In this document: positions 19,773 through 29,538 of the stretch, piece by piece
Numbering within the stretch: position 1 is the stretch's first letter
Layout of the letters: each line of letters begins with the position of its first letter
Assembly (NCBI GenBank): GCA_965215365.1
Contig: CBDCDS010000003.1
Coordinates: forward strand, 2,400,001 to 2,464,000
Length of the DNA stretch: 64,000 nt
DNA from: Gammaproteobacteria bacterium
GTDB lineage: Bacteria; Pseudomonadota; Gammaproteobacteria; Eutrophobiales; Eutrophobiaceae
Direction: 5' to 3'
The notes under the pieces: generated by a model
What the model saw: only the letters and a program-made list of their open reading frames with translations
Databases searched by the model: none
What the model was told of the DNA's origin: nothing
Translations under genes and position numbers: made by a program

Positions 19773-22421
19773 ATGCAACACTCAAAAGACAATTTTGCTC
19801 ATGGTAGCGCTTGGTTCCGAGCTGATTTTCATCTGCATACTCGGGCGGATAAAGAATTTAGCTACGCTGGAGAGGATAATTATTACTATTCAAATTACAT
19901 CCAGGCTTTGAAAGGAGCCGAAATTGGCATTGGAGTTATAGCCAACCATAACAAATTTGACTTTGAAGAGTTTAAGGCACTGAAAAAAACCGCTCTGAAA
20001 CAGGGAATTTTTCTCCTACCCGGTGTGGAATTGTCGGTTAACGACGGCAGTAATGGCATCCATACTCTGGTCGTGTTTGCCGATGAATGGATAGAAAATA
20101 ACCACGACTATATCAACCAGTATCTCAATGTCGCCTTTGCAGGGAAAACACCCAACGAATACGAGCATGAAAACGGTCGCAGTTCATTGGCATTGCTCGA
20201 TACCATTAAGAAGCTCAATGGTTATCAGAAAGATTTTTTTCTAATTTTTGCTCACGTTGAGGACAGAAGTGGCCTATGGCATGAGTTGGAAGGCGGCAGG
20301 CTTCAGGAACTGGCTGACAATGAACTCTTCTGCAATCATACGCTGGCTTTTCAGAAGGTGCGAACCCATGATGTCTCAGACCGTAAATGCCGGCTCAAAG
20401 TACAGGACTGGTTGAAAACAGCTTATCCGGCCGAGGTAGAGGGTTCTGATCCTAAGTCTGTTGCGGAGATTGGAAGGGGTGAAAAGTGCTATCTCAAAAC
20501 CGGCGCGTTTACCTTTGAAGCGATCAAGTATGCGCTTTTGGATCACGAAAATCGTCTGGTTTCGGAGCCACCTGAATACAAACATTCACATATCTCGAGC
20601 ATATTCTTTGAAGGCGGCATACTGAACGAAGAGATCATCAGGTTCTCTCCTGAACTTAATACATTGGTTGGCATTCGCGGCAGTGGTAAATCTTCCGTCT
20701 TAGAGGCGATTCGGTACGCGCTTGATATCCCATTTGGAGAGAAAGCGCTGGATACAGATTACAAAGCCGATCTTATTGAACATGTATTGGGCAGCGGAGG
20801 CAAAATAACACTTAATGCAGTCGATCGATGGGGACAGCAATACGAAATACGGCGCATCAGCCGGGAGCGGCCGGATGTTTATGTTGACGGCAAGCTCCAA
20901 CCCGGCATTTCCATTCGGCAGACTGTTGTACATAAACCTGTTTATTTTGGACAGAAAGACCTCTCTGCTACCGGAGAGGGCTTCGAAAGCGATCTCGTAG
21001 AAAAACTTGTGAGCGAAAAATTGACGGGGATACGTTCTGACATCGCCGAACAACGTCAAAAAGTGATCGATCTCGTTAACAGGTTGAAGAAACTTTCAAA
21101 CACAGAAGAAAAGAAAAGGGAGTACGAAGGCAAAAAACAGGATGCTGAATTCAGGCTGGATTTCTATAAAAGACATGGGGTTGAGGAAAAGCTCCAAAAG
21201 CAGGTTGATTTTGACGCTGACTCCAGAAAATGCAGGCAGCTCACTTCCTTTATCAAAGGTTATATTGAGGATTTGCAAGCGTTTATAAATCAATATGAAG
21301 ATGACTTGAAAAATCAGCAGAGCTATACCTCCAGACAGAACATTGCATTCTTTGACGAGTTTTTTTCTCACTACAAAAAACTGCTAATTTCTTTTGACAA
21401 CATAAAAACGGAATTGACGGTAAGCAGGCAAGTATTGAACGGACTCGATAAAAAAGCGCAAAAATTTGACTCATTCAAGGAAGATCTAAAGGAAGAATTT
21501 GCCCGGGTAGAAAGACAACTTGCCGACCACCTGAGAGAAGGGGGAGCGCAGGCCATTCACACTGGCGAGTTCCACCTGCTCAGAAAAACTGTAGAAGATG
21601 CCACAAAAATACTCAGGGAACTGGCAAAAGAACAGATAATTCGGTCTGAACTGGAAGGTAAACTGATAACGGAACTCACCGAATTTAATAATCTCCTGCA
21701 CAAGGAATTTACCGCGATAAAAAGTGAACTGGAAAAAATCAATCAGAACCATTCGACCATCCGGATTGAAGCCGAATTTAAGGGAGACAAAGATGCTTTT
21801 CTCTCATTTATGCAGGATATATTTCGAGGAAGCCGGCTGCGGGAAGCGACCTTAAAAAATCTTGTTGGTAGCTTCGCTGATTTCGGCGCCATGAAAAAAG
21901 AATGGGCAAGAGTTAAAAGCAACTTAGGGACTTCTCTGCAGATATTTGAGCAATTTTTTGAAGATAACTTGGAGACTCTGCTAACCTGGCAAGTGCCCAA
22001 TCGCTTTGTCATTAGCTACCGTGACAAGGAACTTAAACGACATTCTTTGGGGCAACGAGCCTCAGCATTGATCCTCTTTATTCTCAGCCAGGAAGAGCAT
22101 GATATTTTTATCATAGATCAGCCGGAAGATGACCTGGATAACCAGACTATTTACGAAGATGTCATTAAATCCATCCGGTATTTGAAGCCGGGAACACAGT
22201 TTATTTTTGCCACCCACAACGCCAACTTTCCAGTGTTGGGTGATGCAGAGCAGGTTATCGCCTGCTCTTATTCCGATGATAAACTCGATAAAATTGAAGG
22301 AAGCATCGACCAGCCTGAGCTCCAGCAGAAAATTATCGACATCATGGAAGGCGGCAAGGAAGCATTCAGACAACGCAAACGCAGATATGAAACATGGAAA
22401 CCACAGAACTCCTCGAAATAA
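19773..22421 (+). CDS. PHP-like phosphoesterase fused to a coiled-coil ABC/SMC-type ATPase (TrlF/Ppl-like)
   Basis: DFHLHT, NHN, GVE, AHVE, GSD metal-binding motifs; Walker A GIRGSGKS; signature SLGQR; IIDQPEDDLD; ATHN. Confidence 0.85.
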   Translation: MQHSKDNFAHGSAWFRADFHLHTRADKEFSYAGEDNYYYSNYIQALKGAEIGIGVIANHNKFDFEEFKALKKTALKQGIFLLPGVELSVNDGSNGIHTLVVFADEWIENNHDYINQYLNVAFAGKTPNEYEHENGRSSLALLDTIKKLNGYQKDFFLIFAHVEDRSGLWHELEGGRLQELADNELFCNHTLAFQKVRTHDVSDRKCRLKVQDWLKTAYPAEVEGSDPKSVAEIGRGEKCYLKTGAFTFEAIKYALLDHENRLVSEPPEYKHSHISSIFFEGGILNEEIIRFSPELNTLVGIRGSGKSSVLEAIRYALDIPFGEKALDTDYKADLIEHVLGSGGKITLNAVDRWGQQYEIRRISRERPDVYVDGKLQPGISIRQTVVHKPVYFGQKDLSATGEGFESDLVEKLVSEKLTGIRSDIAEQRQKVIDLVNRLKKLSNTEEKKREYEGKKQDAEFRLDFYKRHGVEEKLQKQVDFDADSRKCRQLTSFIKGYIEDLQAFINQYEDDLKNQQSYTSRQNIAFFDEFFSHYKKLLISFDNIKTELTVSRQVLNGLDKKAQKFDSFKEDLKEEFARVERQLADHLREGGAQAIHTGEFHLLRKTVEDATKILRELAKEQIIRSELEGKLITELTEFNNLLHKEFTAIKSELEKINQNHSTIRIEAEFKGDKDAFLSFMQDIFRGSRLREATLKNLVGSFADFGAMKKEWARVKSNLGTSLQIFEQFFEDNLETLLTWQVPNRFVISYRDKELKRHSLGQRASALILFILSQEEHDIFIIDQPEDDLDNQTIYEDVIKSIRYLKPGTQFIFATHNANFPVLGDAEQVIACSYSDDKLDKIEGSIDQPELQQKIIDIMEGGKEAFRQRKRRYETWKPQNSSK

Positions 22422-23539
22422 TCAGCGGTGGCGAAGATAGCCGGCACCAGTTCAAAGCAAATGTGACCAATGAAACAACATTGGCTCAGGAAATGGTTGC
22501 ATTCAGTAACTCTGGCGGGGGTTCTGTTTTCATTGGAGTCAGCGATGACGGAACGTTAGCCGGTCTCGATGGAAACGATATTGCGCGTCTCAATCAACTT
22601 GTTTCTAATGCTGCCTCTCAGCATGTCAAGCCGGCGATCAATCCTCGGACAGAAAACAAGATAATTGAAAACAATCATGTAATACGGGTAGTCGTCCCTG
22701 ATGGTATTCGTAAGCCCTACATGGATATAAATGGAGTAATCTGGGTAAAGTCGGGATCAGATAAACGTAAGGCCACTTCCCATGAAGAAATTCAGCGTAT
22801 TTTTCAAAGTGCAGGCTTGATTTATGGAGACAAAATTCCCGTGTCGGGGACGAGCTTGACAGATATTGATTTAGATTATTTCAAAAAGTTCTTTGACAAG
22901 CAGTTTGGTACACCGTTGGAACAGCAGGAAGTATCACTGCCACTTCTCCTGCAGAACATGAGTCTGATGAAGGATGGGAGACTGAATATCACTGGCGTGT
23001 TACTGTTTGCCAGAGAACCGGGTTTCAAACTGCCTGTCTTTATTATAAAAGCTATTGCCTTTCCCGGTGACAAAATCCACGCCACCAACTACCGCGACAG
23101 TCGTGATATAACCGGGAAGCTAGCGGATGTTTTCCAGCAAGCAAGGAGCTTTGTTCTTGGAAACATCAGGCACAAGCAGGGAAGGCAGGGTGTAAACGCG
23201 CCCGGACTTCCAGAGATTCCCGCGGTTGTGTTGGAAGAGCTCATTGCCAATGCTCTTATTCATCGTGATTACTTCGTGTCTGCACCTGTGCGAGTTTTTG
23301 TGTTTTCCGATCGGGTGGAAATCATAAGTCCCGGTCATCTGCCCAATAATCTCACAGTTGAGAACATTAAACTGGGAAACTCAAATATTCGTAATCCTAC
23401 TTTAGCGTCCTTCGCGACAAAATTGCTCCCCTATCGCGGACTAGGCAGCGGTATTATCCGCGCACTGCAAGCATACCCACATATTGAGTTTGACAATGAC
23501 CGCGATGGGAATCTTTTTAAGGCCACCATCAGACGGTGA
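22394..23539 (+). CDS. Schlafen/AlbA_2 domain plus HATPase_c_4 (RecG-C-like) protein
   Basis: GEDSRHQFK, VAFSNSGGGSVFIGVSDDG; EELIANALIHRDY, IISPG, NIRNP, GLGSG. Overlaps the upstream gene by 28 bp. Confidence 0.85.
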   Translation: METTELLEIISGGEDSRHQFKANVTNETTLAQEMVAFSNSGGGSVFIGVSDDGTLAGLDGNDIARLNQLVSNAASQHVKPAINPRTENKIIENNHVIRVVVPDGIRKPYMDINGVIWVKSGSDKRKATSHEEIQRIFQSAGLIYGDKIPVSGTSLTDIDLDYFKKFFDKQFGTPLEQQEVSLPLLLQNMSLMKDGRLNITGVLLFAREPGFKLPVFIIKAIAFPGDKIHATNYRDSRDITGKLADVFQQARSFVLGNIRHKQGRQGVNAPGLPEIPAVVLEELIANALIHRDYFVSAPVRVFVFSDRVEIISPGHLPNNLTVENIKLGNSNIRNPTLASFATKLLPYRGLGSGIIRALQAYPHIEFDNDRDGNLFKATIRR

Positions 23540-23564
23540 GATCTGCGGGTTAACCATAAGCTCT

Positions 23565-25814
23565 TTAATCCGGTCGTATGGATGAAACCTGTCGATACCC
23601 CCGCGGCAGGATGTGGCCGCGCCGGCCGCGCGCGTTATGGTAATGGCTCCAGTCCTTCGGTTTCAAGGTCAGGTGGCGTTTGCCGGCTTGCAGGCGCAGT
23701 TTGTCGTTGCGACCGAGCGCGGTGACAGTGGTCAGGTATTCGTCCCGGTTTTTCAGTTGTGCCGGCGGGATTTGCATGATCTTCACGCCTTTGCCCCGCG
23801 CCAGTTGCGGGAACCCGGCCAGGTCTGTCACCAGCAGGCGTCCTGCGGAACTGACGGCGGCCACCAGGCCCTGCTGCGGGTCGGGCACCGGCGCCGGGGG
23901 CAGGATCAGCGCCGGGGGCGTCACGTTCAGTGCGCTCTTGCCGGCCTTGTTCTTCACATACAGGTCACCGAGCCGGACGACAAACCCGTAGCCGGCGTCG
24001 GTGGCCAGGAAGTAGCGCGCGTCGGCCTCACCGAGCATCACGCCGACCATGGCGGCGCCGTCCGGTGGCGTTATCCAACCGGATACCGGCTCACCGTGGC
24101 TACGCGCCGAGGGCAACAGGTGCGCTGGCACCGCATAACAACGGCCGGTGGAATCCAGGAACACCGCCAGCTGGTTGCTGCGCCCCATGGCGGCCTGTCG
24201 GAAACCGTCGCCGGCCCGGTAATTGAGGGTCTGCGGGTCGATATCATGGCCTTTGGCAGCCCGCACCCAACCCTTCTCCGATAATATCACTGTCACCGGC
24301 TCGGTGGGCAGCAGGCGCGCCGCATCCATGGCCCGGGCCTCTGCGCGCTGTGCCAGCGGTGCGCGGCGGGTATCGCCGTACTGCTCCATATCGGCCCGAA
24401 TTTCCTCTTTCACCAGCTTTTTCAAACGTGCGCTTGAAGCAAGCGCCTGTTGTAACGACTCGCGCTCCTGCTCTAATTCATCCAGCTCGGCGCGAATTTT
24501 AATCTCCTCCAGCTTCGCTAAGCGCCGCAGCCGCAGGTCGAGGATGGCTTCGGCCTGGGTCTCGGACAACTCAAAGCGCGCCATTAATTCCTGCCGGGGA
24601 TGATCTTCTTCACGAATGATGCGGATCACCTCGTCGATGTTCAGGTACGCCACCAGCAGCCCTGCCAGCACATGGATGCGTTGTTGCACCTGTTCCAACC
24701 GGTGTTGCAAACGCCGCCGCACCGTTTCCGTGCGGTACTGCAACCACTCGGTAAGAATGGTCTTCAAATCCTTGACCTGGGGACGCCCGTTGGCGCCGAT
24801 CATGTTCAGGTTGACCCGGTAACTGCGCTCTAGGTCGGTGGTGGCGAACAGGTGCGACATCAGTTCGGCAAGGTTGATCCGGTTCGAACGCGGGATCAAC
24901 ACCAGCCGGGTGGGGTTTTCATGGTCGGATTCATCACGCAGGTCTTCCAGCATGGGCAGTTTCTTCGCCTGCATCTGCGCCGCCACCTGTTCCATGATGC
25001 GGTTGCCGGAGGTCTGGTACGGCAGCGCGGTGACGATCGCGTTGCCGCCCTCCTGCTCCCAGCGCGCCCGCAGTTTCACGGAACCGTTACCACTGCGATA
25101 CAGTGCCAGCAGCTCCGCCGCGGGGGTAATGATCTCGGCCTCGGTGGGAAAGTCCGGCCCCTTGACGTAGTCGAACAACTCCTCCAATGTGGTCGCGGGC
25201 TGCTCCAGCAAACGGATGCAGGCGCCGGCCACCTCGGCTAGGTTGTGCGGTGGAATGTCCGTCGCCATCCCCACGGCAATGCCGGTGGCGCCGTTCAGCA
25301 GGATATTGGGCAGACGCGCCGGCAGCAGCTTCGGCTCCTTCAAAGTACCGTCGAAATTGGGTATCCAGTCCACAGTGCCCTGCCCCAGCTCTGCCAGCAA
25401 GGCCTGGCTGTAGGGCCGCAGTTTTGCCTCCGTGTAGCGCATGGCCGCGAACGACTTGGGGTCATCGGTAGAGCCCCAGTTGCCTTGGCCGTCAATGATA
25501 GGATAACGGTAACTGAATGCCTGCGCCATCAGCACCATGGCCTCGTAGCAAGCACTGTCCCCGTGCGGATGAAACTTGCCGATGACATCGCCCACCGTGC
25601 GCGCCGACTTCTTGAACCTGGCGGTTGCGCTCAGGCCCAGCTCCGACATGGCATAGATGATGCGCCGTTGCACCGGCTTTAAGCCATCGCCGATATGTGG
25701 CAAGGCCCGATCGAGGATGACGTACATGGAATAGTCCAGGTACGCCCGCTCGGTAAACTCGTATAGTGGCTGAGCTTCCCTGTGTTCAAACTCCAGACTC
25801 AGATTTTCCTGCAT
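23565..25814 (-). CDS. parC: DNA topoisomerase IV subunit A
   Basis: [41 protein letters not shown]. Confidence 0.97.
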   Translation of the reverse strand: MQENLSLEFEHREAQPLYEFTERAYLDYSMYVILDRALPHIGDGLKPVQRRIIYAMSELGLSATARFKKSARTVGDVIGKFHPHGDSACYEAMVLMAQAFSYRYPIIDGQGNWGSTDDPKSFAAMRYTEAKLRPYSQALLAELGQGTVDWIPNFDGTLKEPKLLPARLPNILLNGATGIAVGMATDIPPHNLAEVAGACIRLLEQPATTLEELFDYVKGPDFPTEAEIITPAAELLALYRSGNGSVKLRARWEQEGGNAIVTALPYQTSGNRIMEQVAAQMQAKKLPMLEDLRDESDHENPTRLVLIPRSNRINLAELMSHLFATTDLERSYRVNLNMIGANGRPQVKDLKTILTEWLQYRTETVRRRLQHRLEQVQQRIHVLAGLLVAYLNIDEVIRIIREEDHPRQELMARFELSETQAEAILDLRLRRLAKLEEIKIRAELDELEQERESLQQALASSARLKKLVKEEIRADMEQYGDTRRAPLAQRAEARAMDAARLLPTEPVTVILSEKGWVRAAKGHDIDPQTLNYRAGDGFRQAAMGRSNQLAVFLDSTGRCYAVPAHLLPSARSHGEPVSGWITPPDGAAMVGVMLGEADARYFLATDAGYGFVVRLGDLYVKNKAGKSALNVTPPALILPPAPVPDPQQGLVAAVSSAGRLLVTDLAGFPQLARGKGVKIMQIPPAQLKNRDEYLTTVTALGRNDKLRLQAGKRHLTLKPKDWSHYHNARGRRGHILPRGYRQVSSIRPD

Positions 25815-25862
25815 ATCGGGGGTTCATCGGCAACTGACGCAGAGGTGTTGCCACTAAGCCAT

Positions 25863-26207
25863 CTACTTACCCAGCCTGGACAGCTTCTTGTCAATCTCTT
25901 CTGAAATGTACCTGGATTGAGCGGCAAACTGGGCTGCCATGTTCTGGTTCGTGGTCTCAATGTTTTTCTCCATCGAGTCCATCCGCTGCTTCATTGATCC
26001 CATGTCTTGCTCCATCGAATCCATTCTTTGCTCCATTGAGCCCATGCTCTGGTTCATTGAACCCATTTCCTGCTCGATCCGATCTATTCTATCCCCCAGT
26101 CCATCGATCTTTTCATACAACGGACTGACTGCTTCCACAATAACATCCCGGAAAGCATAAGCCAGCGTCTCCACGCTACCGTTAAGTTTATCGTTAGTCA
26201 TTTCCAA
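25863..26207 (-). CDS. Small coiled-coil protein with Met-rich heptad repeats
   Basis: AGGAG RBS upstream; MGSMNQS-MGSMEQR-MDSMEQD-MGSMKQR-MDSMEKN. Confidence 0.7.
   Translation of the reverse strand: MEMTNDKLNGSVETLAYAFRDVIVEAVSPLYEKIDGLGDRIDRIEQEMGSMNQSMGSMEQRMDSMEQDMGSMKQRMDSMEKNIETTNQNMAAQFAAQSRYISEEIDKKLSRLGK
25965..26075 (-). repeat. Degenerate 21-bp coding tandem repeat (about 5 units)
   Basis: Units such as CTCCATCGAGTCCATCCGCTG and CTCCATCGAATCCATTCTTTG on the + strand. Confidence 0.75.
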
Positions 26208-26334
26208 TTTCTCCTAGTTAATGTATTCCGAACAACGGGTGCAATATAGACATGATTCGAGCGCCGGTCAAGGAAAATTTCCGACAAAGAATACAGGCCA
26301 ACCTGGGGGTGAAGCCCGTGGCAGAGCGGCTGGG

Positions 26335-28239
26335 TTAAAGCAGTTCCTGGAAGACTGTAATATCTGCTGCGGCTTTCAGATTGTCATTGTAGGCTTCCCA
26401 GGCGGCGGTGACCTGTGCTTGCAGCAGCTGGGCACGCACTGCATCGAACTGTTCTTCCTCCAGTGTATCCGGGTCAGCCGGGGTGACCGCATGGACAATG
26501 ACAACGGCATAGTCCCCAGTGCCCATGGAAGCGCCGTCGTACACCGGCTCCGACGCGGCGGGTATGCCGGCCCGAAACGCGGTGCGCAACACCGCCCGGT
26601 TGACGCTGTCGTCGTCCTGTGTGACAGCCTGCACCGAATTCCAGTTCAGGGCGAACTCCAGAGCCAGATCATCTTTTGACTCACCCTGTTGCAGCCGTTC
26701 CAGTAGCGTCTCCCCCTGGGTCCGGGTCTGGTCTCTGGCCTGCTCAAACTTCAGGCGCGTAATAATTTCCGCGCGTACGTCATCAAGCGGCTTCTTGAAA
26801 CTGCTCAGGTGCTCGAGTAACCGCAACACGATATAGCGGTTATTGTCCAGTTCAATCAGCTCACTATTACTCTCTTCCAGCAACACTTCATCACTGAATG
26901 CCGCCGCGATGACACCCGGCTCAGAGACAATGCCGGCACCGGGATCGGTCCGGGTCAGGTAATCACTGGTTTGTATTTCCAGCCCCAGCTCCGCCGCCGC
27001 CACTTCCAGGGTATCGGGGTTGGCAAAAGTCAAGTCTGACAGGCGGTCGGTCAACTCGTAGAGTTGCTGTTCGGCCAGTTCCTGACGCAAGTCCTGTTCC
27101 ACCTCGTCGCGCAGACTGTCCAGGTCGGCCTGCGCGCGTCCTTGGACTTCATCTACCGCCATGATATGGAAGCCCAGCGGTGAGGTTATCGGTTCACTGA
27201 CGGTGCCACTTTCCATGGCAAATACCACCTCGTCCACTTCCGCTTCCATCACGCCCTTGCTGAGAAAGCCGAATTCACTGAACTCGACCGCGTTCTCATA
27301 GTCGCCGGATTGATTGACCACGATGCTTTCCCAATCCTCGCCGGCCTGGACTTGTGCGTACAGCTCGTCAGCTTTTGCTTGCATCTGCGCGCGCAGTTCA
27401 TCCGTAGGCTCCTCGGGCAGCTTGACTAAAATCTGTCTGACCTTGCGGGTTTCCTCCACTTCGTAATTTTGCCTGTTATCGGCGAACCAGGTTTCCAGTT
27501 CACCCTCTTCCAGGTAAACCTCCTCGGCGACTTTGGCTGCGGACAATACCAGATAGGCGATCCTGACCCGTTCCGGCTCCAGGTAACGGCCCTCCTGTTC
27601 ATAATAGGCCTGAACCTGCTCATCCGTAACCGTTATGGTTTCCTTGAGCTCGTCGGAAGACAACACGGTGTATGAAAAATCACGGGTCTGGTGCAGTAGG
27701 CCCGCATACCCCGCCACTTCGGGTTGTGTCACAAAATCCGTAGCCAGCAACGCGGTGCGCAGCTGCTCCACCGCCAGGTCCTGCTTGATCCGGTCCATAA
27801 ATCCGGCCGGCGTTAAGCCGCTCTGGCTCGCCGCCACTTCAAACGTCATCATGTTAAAGCCGTTGTCGTCGTTGAACACGGGTATCTGCCGGACAACCTC
27901 CCAGGCCTCGACATCGCCTACCAGCAGCCCGGCCTTGTCTCCGGCCTGCTGCAACAACTGCGCCCGGATCAGGTCTTCGGTGGCCCGTTGTTTGAGCAAC
28001 GGCTCAGCCTCCTCGGTCACCGGCGCGCCGGATCTGGCCTGCCACTGCTGGCGCATATCCTGGTAGGCGCGCTGAAAGTCAGCCAGGGTAACGTCCTCGC
28101 CATTCACTTCAAGCGCGACCACCCCACCCGACTGTTCGAAGTAATAGTTGATACCCCAGAATGCAAAGGGAATGATCAGGATAGAAAAAATAACAACCGC
28201 CACCCAGCCTTTCAACTGGTCCCTTATCGCCTGTAACAT
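26335..28239 (-). CDS. ppiD: Periplasmic folding chaperone PpiD (SurA-N plus parvulin domain)
   Basis: N-terminal TM IIPFAFWG, VNGEDV, parvulin-like region SPLGFHIM; located after tRNA-Asp as is typical. Confidence 0.9.
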   Translation of the reverse strand: MLQAIRDQLKGWVAVVIFSILIIPFAFWGINYYFEQSGGVVALEVNGEDVTLADFQRAYQDMRQQWQARSGAPVTEEAEPLLKQRATEDLIRAQLLQQAGDKAGLLVGDVEAWEVVRQIPVFNDDNGFNMMTFEVAASQSGLTPAGFMDRIKQDLAVEQLRTALLATDFVTQPEVAGYAGLLHQTRDFSYTVLSSDELKETITVTDEQVQAYYEQEGRYLEPERVRIAYLVLSAAKVAEEVYLEEGELETWFADNRQNYEVEETRKVRQILVKLPEEPTDELRAQMQAKADELYAQVQAGEDWESIVVNQSGDYENAVEFSEFGFLSKGVMEAEVDEVVFAMESGTVSEPITSPLGFHIMAVDEVQGRAQADLDSLRDEVEQDLRQELAEQQLYELTDRLSDLTFANPDTLEVAAAELGLEIQTSDYLTRTDPGAGIVSEPGVIAAAFSDEVLLEESNSELIELDNNRYIVLRLLEHLSSFKKPLDDVRAEIITRLKFEQARDQTRTQGETLLERLQQGESKDDLALEFALNWNSVQAVTQDDDSVNRAVLRTAFRAGIPAASEPVYDGASMGTGDYAVVIVHAVTPADPDTLEEEQFDAVRAQLLQAQVTAAWEAYNDNLKAAADITVFQELL

Positions 28240-28302
28240 GGTGTAATCCTGATGTTTTCGATTTTTGAACCGCGCCCGGATAAATGAGCGGGACCGAACG
28301 TA

Positions 28303-28379
28303 TGGCGGAGTGGACGGGACTCGAACCCGCGACCCCCGGCGTGACAGGCCGGTATTCTAACCAACTGAACTACCACTCC
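28303..28379 (-). tRNA. tRNA-Asp(GTC)
   Basis: GGAGTGGTAGTTCAGTTGGTTAGAATACCGGCCTGTCACGCCGG...GGTTCGAGTCCC...CCA. Confidence 0.97.
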
Positions 28380-28389
28380 GTAAACCAAA

Positions 28390-28465
28390 TGGTGGGTGCT
28401 GAGGGGCTTGAACCCCCGACCTCCGCCTTGTAAGGGCGGCGCTCTCCCAACTGAGCTAAGCACCC
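28390..28465 (-). tRNA. tRNA-Val(TAC)
   Basis: GGGTGCTTAGCTCAGTTGGGAGAGCGCCGCCCTTACAAGGCGG...GGTTCAAGCCCC...CCA. Confidence 0.97.
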
Positions 28466-28471
28466 TAGGTA

Positions 28472-28490
28472 CCCGCGGCGGATTATAACA
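28472..28490 (-). promoter_or_regulatory. Extended -10 promoter with GC-rich discriminator for the tRNA pair
   Basis: Minus strand TGTTATAATCCGCCGCGGG. Confidence 0.6.
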
Positions 28491-28515
28491 AAAAAGTGCG
28501 TGTTCAGGGGAAATT

Positions 28516-28731
28516 TTATCGTTCGGGCTGCAACGCCTGCTCCGGCAGTTGCCATCCGTACCTGCGTTTCAGTGCGGGTGGGTGCGTGGCTTCATCGAGT
28601 TTTTGCAGTGTCATGACTGCCGCGGGGAGCTCCTGGGGCGAGTGGATTACCAATGCCCTAGCGTCCCGGTCCAGTTCCCAGCCCAGATACAGCAGGTTGG
28701 CGACCAGCAATGACAATGCTATCCATCTCAT
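28516..28731 (-). pseudogene. Short membrane-anchored ORF, probably the truncated SPOR-domain gene usually found after coaX
   Basis: MRWIALSLLVANLLYLGW leader; only 71 aa with no SPOR domain. The call relies on synteny. Confidence 0.5.
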
Positions 28732-28749
28732 GGCGCTATACTACCATCT

Positions 28750-29538
28750 TTATTCATCGTTGGAGTGAGTATGAAGGTTTGCTTGCTTCAGCCCTTCCAG
28801 CACCAGGTGCGGTTCGTGCAGGGTTTGTTCTGGCAGTAATGGCAGGAGCTGTGCCGCGGCACCGCCGGTGACGATGAACAACGGTTCGGCACCCTGCTCT
28901 TCCTTGCCCTGATCTTCCTTGAGCTTACCGGCGCAGTATGCCAGCAGGCCGCTGAGCGCGCAGGCAAAACCATTGTTGATACAGGCTGCGGTGGAACAGC
29001 CGAAGTCCGCTTGCAGGGCTTGCTCCCGATGTTCATTGATGCCCTGTTCATGGATGCCGTGAGTCTCCCGCACCAGCGTCGCCGCGGTGAGCGTCAGTCC
29101 GGGCAGGATGAAGCCGCCGGCGTGCCGGCCGCTGCCGAGGATAACGTCTATCGTGAGCGCGGTGCCGCAGTCCAGCACACATAACGGTCGGTGGTGTCGG
29201 TGCCAGGCTGCCAGCAACGCCAGCCAGCGGTCCACGCCCATAGTATTGATGTCGTGATAGGCATTGCGCAAGCCGGCCTGTTGCCGGGCAGTGACGGCCA
29301 GCTGCGCTTCCAGATTCCAGGTGGAACGCACATATCCGCACAGCGCGGCCGTGGTGGCGGTAGCGGCCACGCTGGCAACGTGAACCTGTTGCGGCGCTTG
29401 CAGAGCGCGCCAGTGCAGCGGCAGCAATGCGGCCAACGTATCTGGCGTGTAGGCACACGCGTTGTGCCCGAACAGGACGTTATCTTCCGCACAGGCCCAC
29501 TTGACCCGGGTATTGCCGATATCTACCAGTAACTTCAT
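28750..29538 (-). CDS. coaX: Type III pantothenate kinase
   Basis: DIGNTRVKW, MGVDRW, DCGTALTID, GGFILPG, LVLEGL. Confidence 0.95.
   Translation of the reverse strand: MKLLVDIGNTRVKWACAEDNVLFGHNACAYTPDTLAALLPLHWRALQAPQQVHVASVAATATTAALCGYVRSTWNLEAQLAVTARQQAGLRNAYHDINTMGVDRWLALLAAWHRHHRPLCVLDCGTALTIDVILGSGRHAGGFILPGLTLTAATLVRETHGIHEQGINEHREQALQADFGCSTAACINNGFACALSGLLAYCAGKLKEDQGKEEQGAEPLFIVTGGAAAQLLPLLPEQTLHEPHLVLEGLKQANLHTHSNDE

Noticed and set aside
19508-23557. GGTTAACCAT at the efp start and again after the AlbA_2 gene as att-like direct repeats
   Set aside because: Only 10 bp, largely palindromic, with no integrase nearby. Compatible with chance.
28303-28465. tRNA-anchored prophage or integrative island
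   Set aside because: No integrase, no phage genes and no duplicated tRNA 3' end were seen in the window.
28224-28555. ORFs 28224-28463 and 28370-28555
   Set aside because: They overlap the two tRNA genes.
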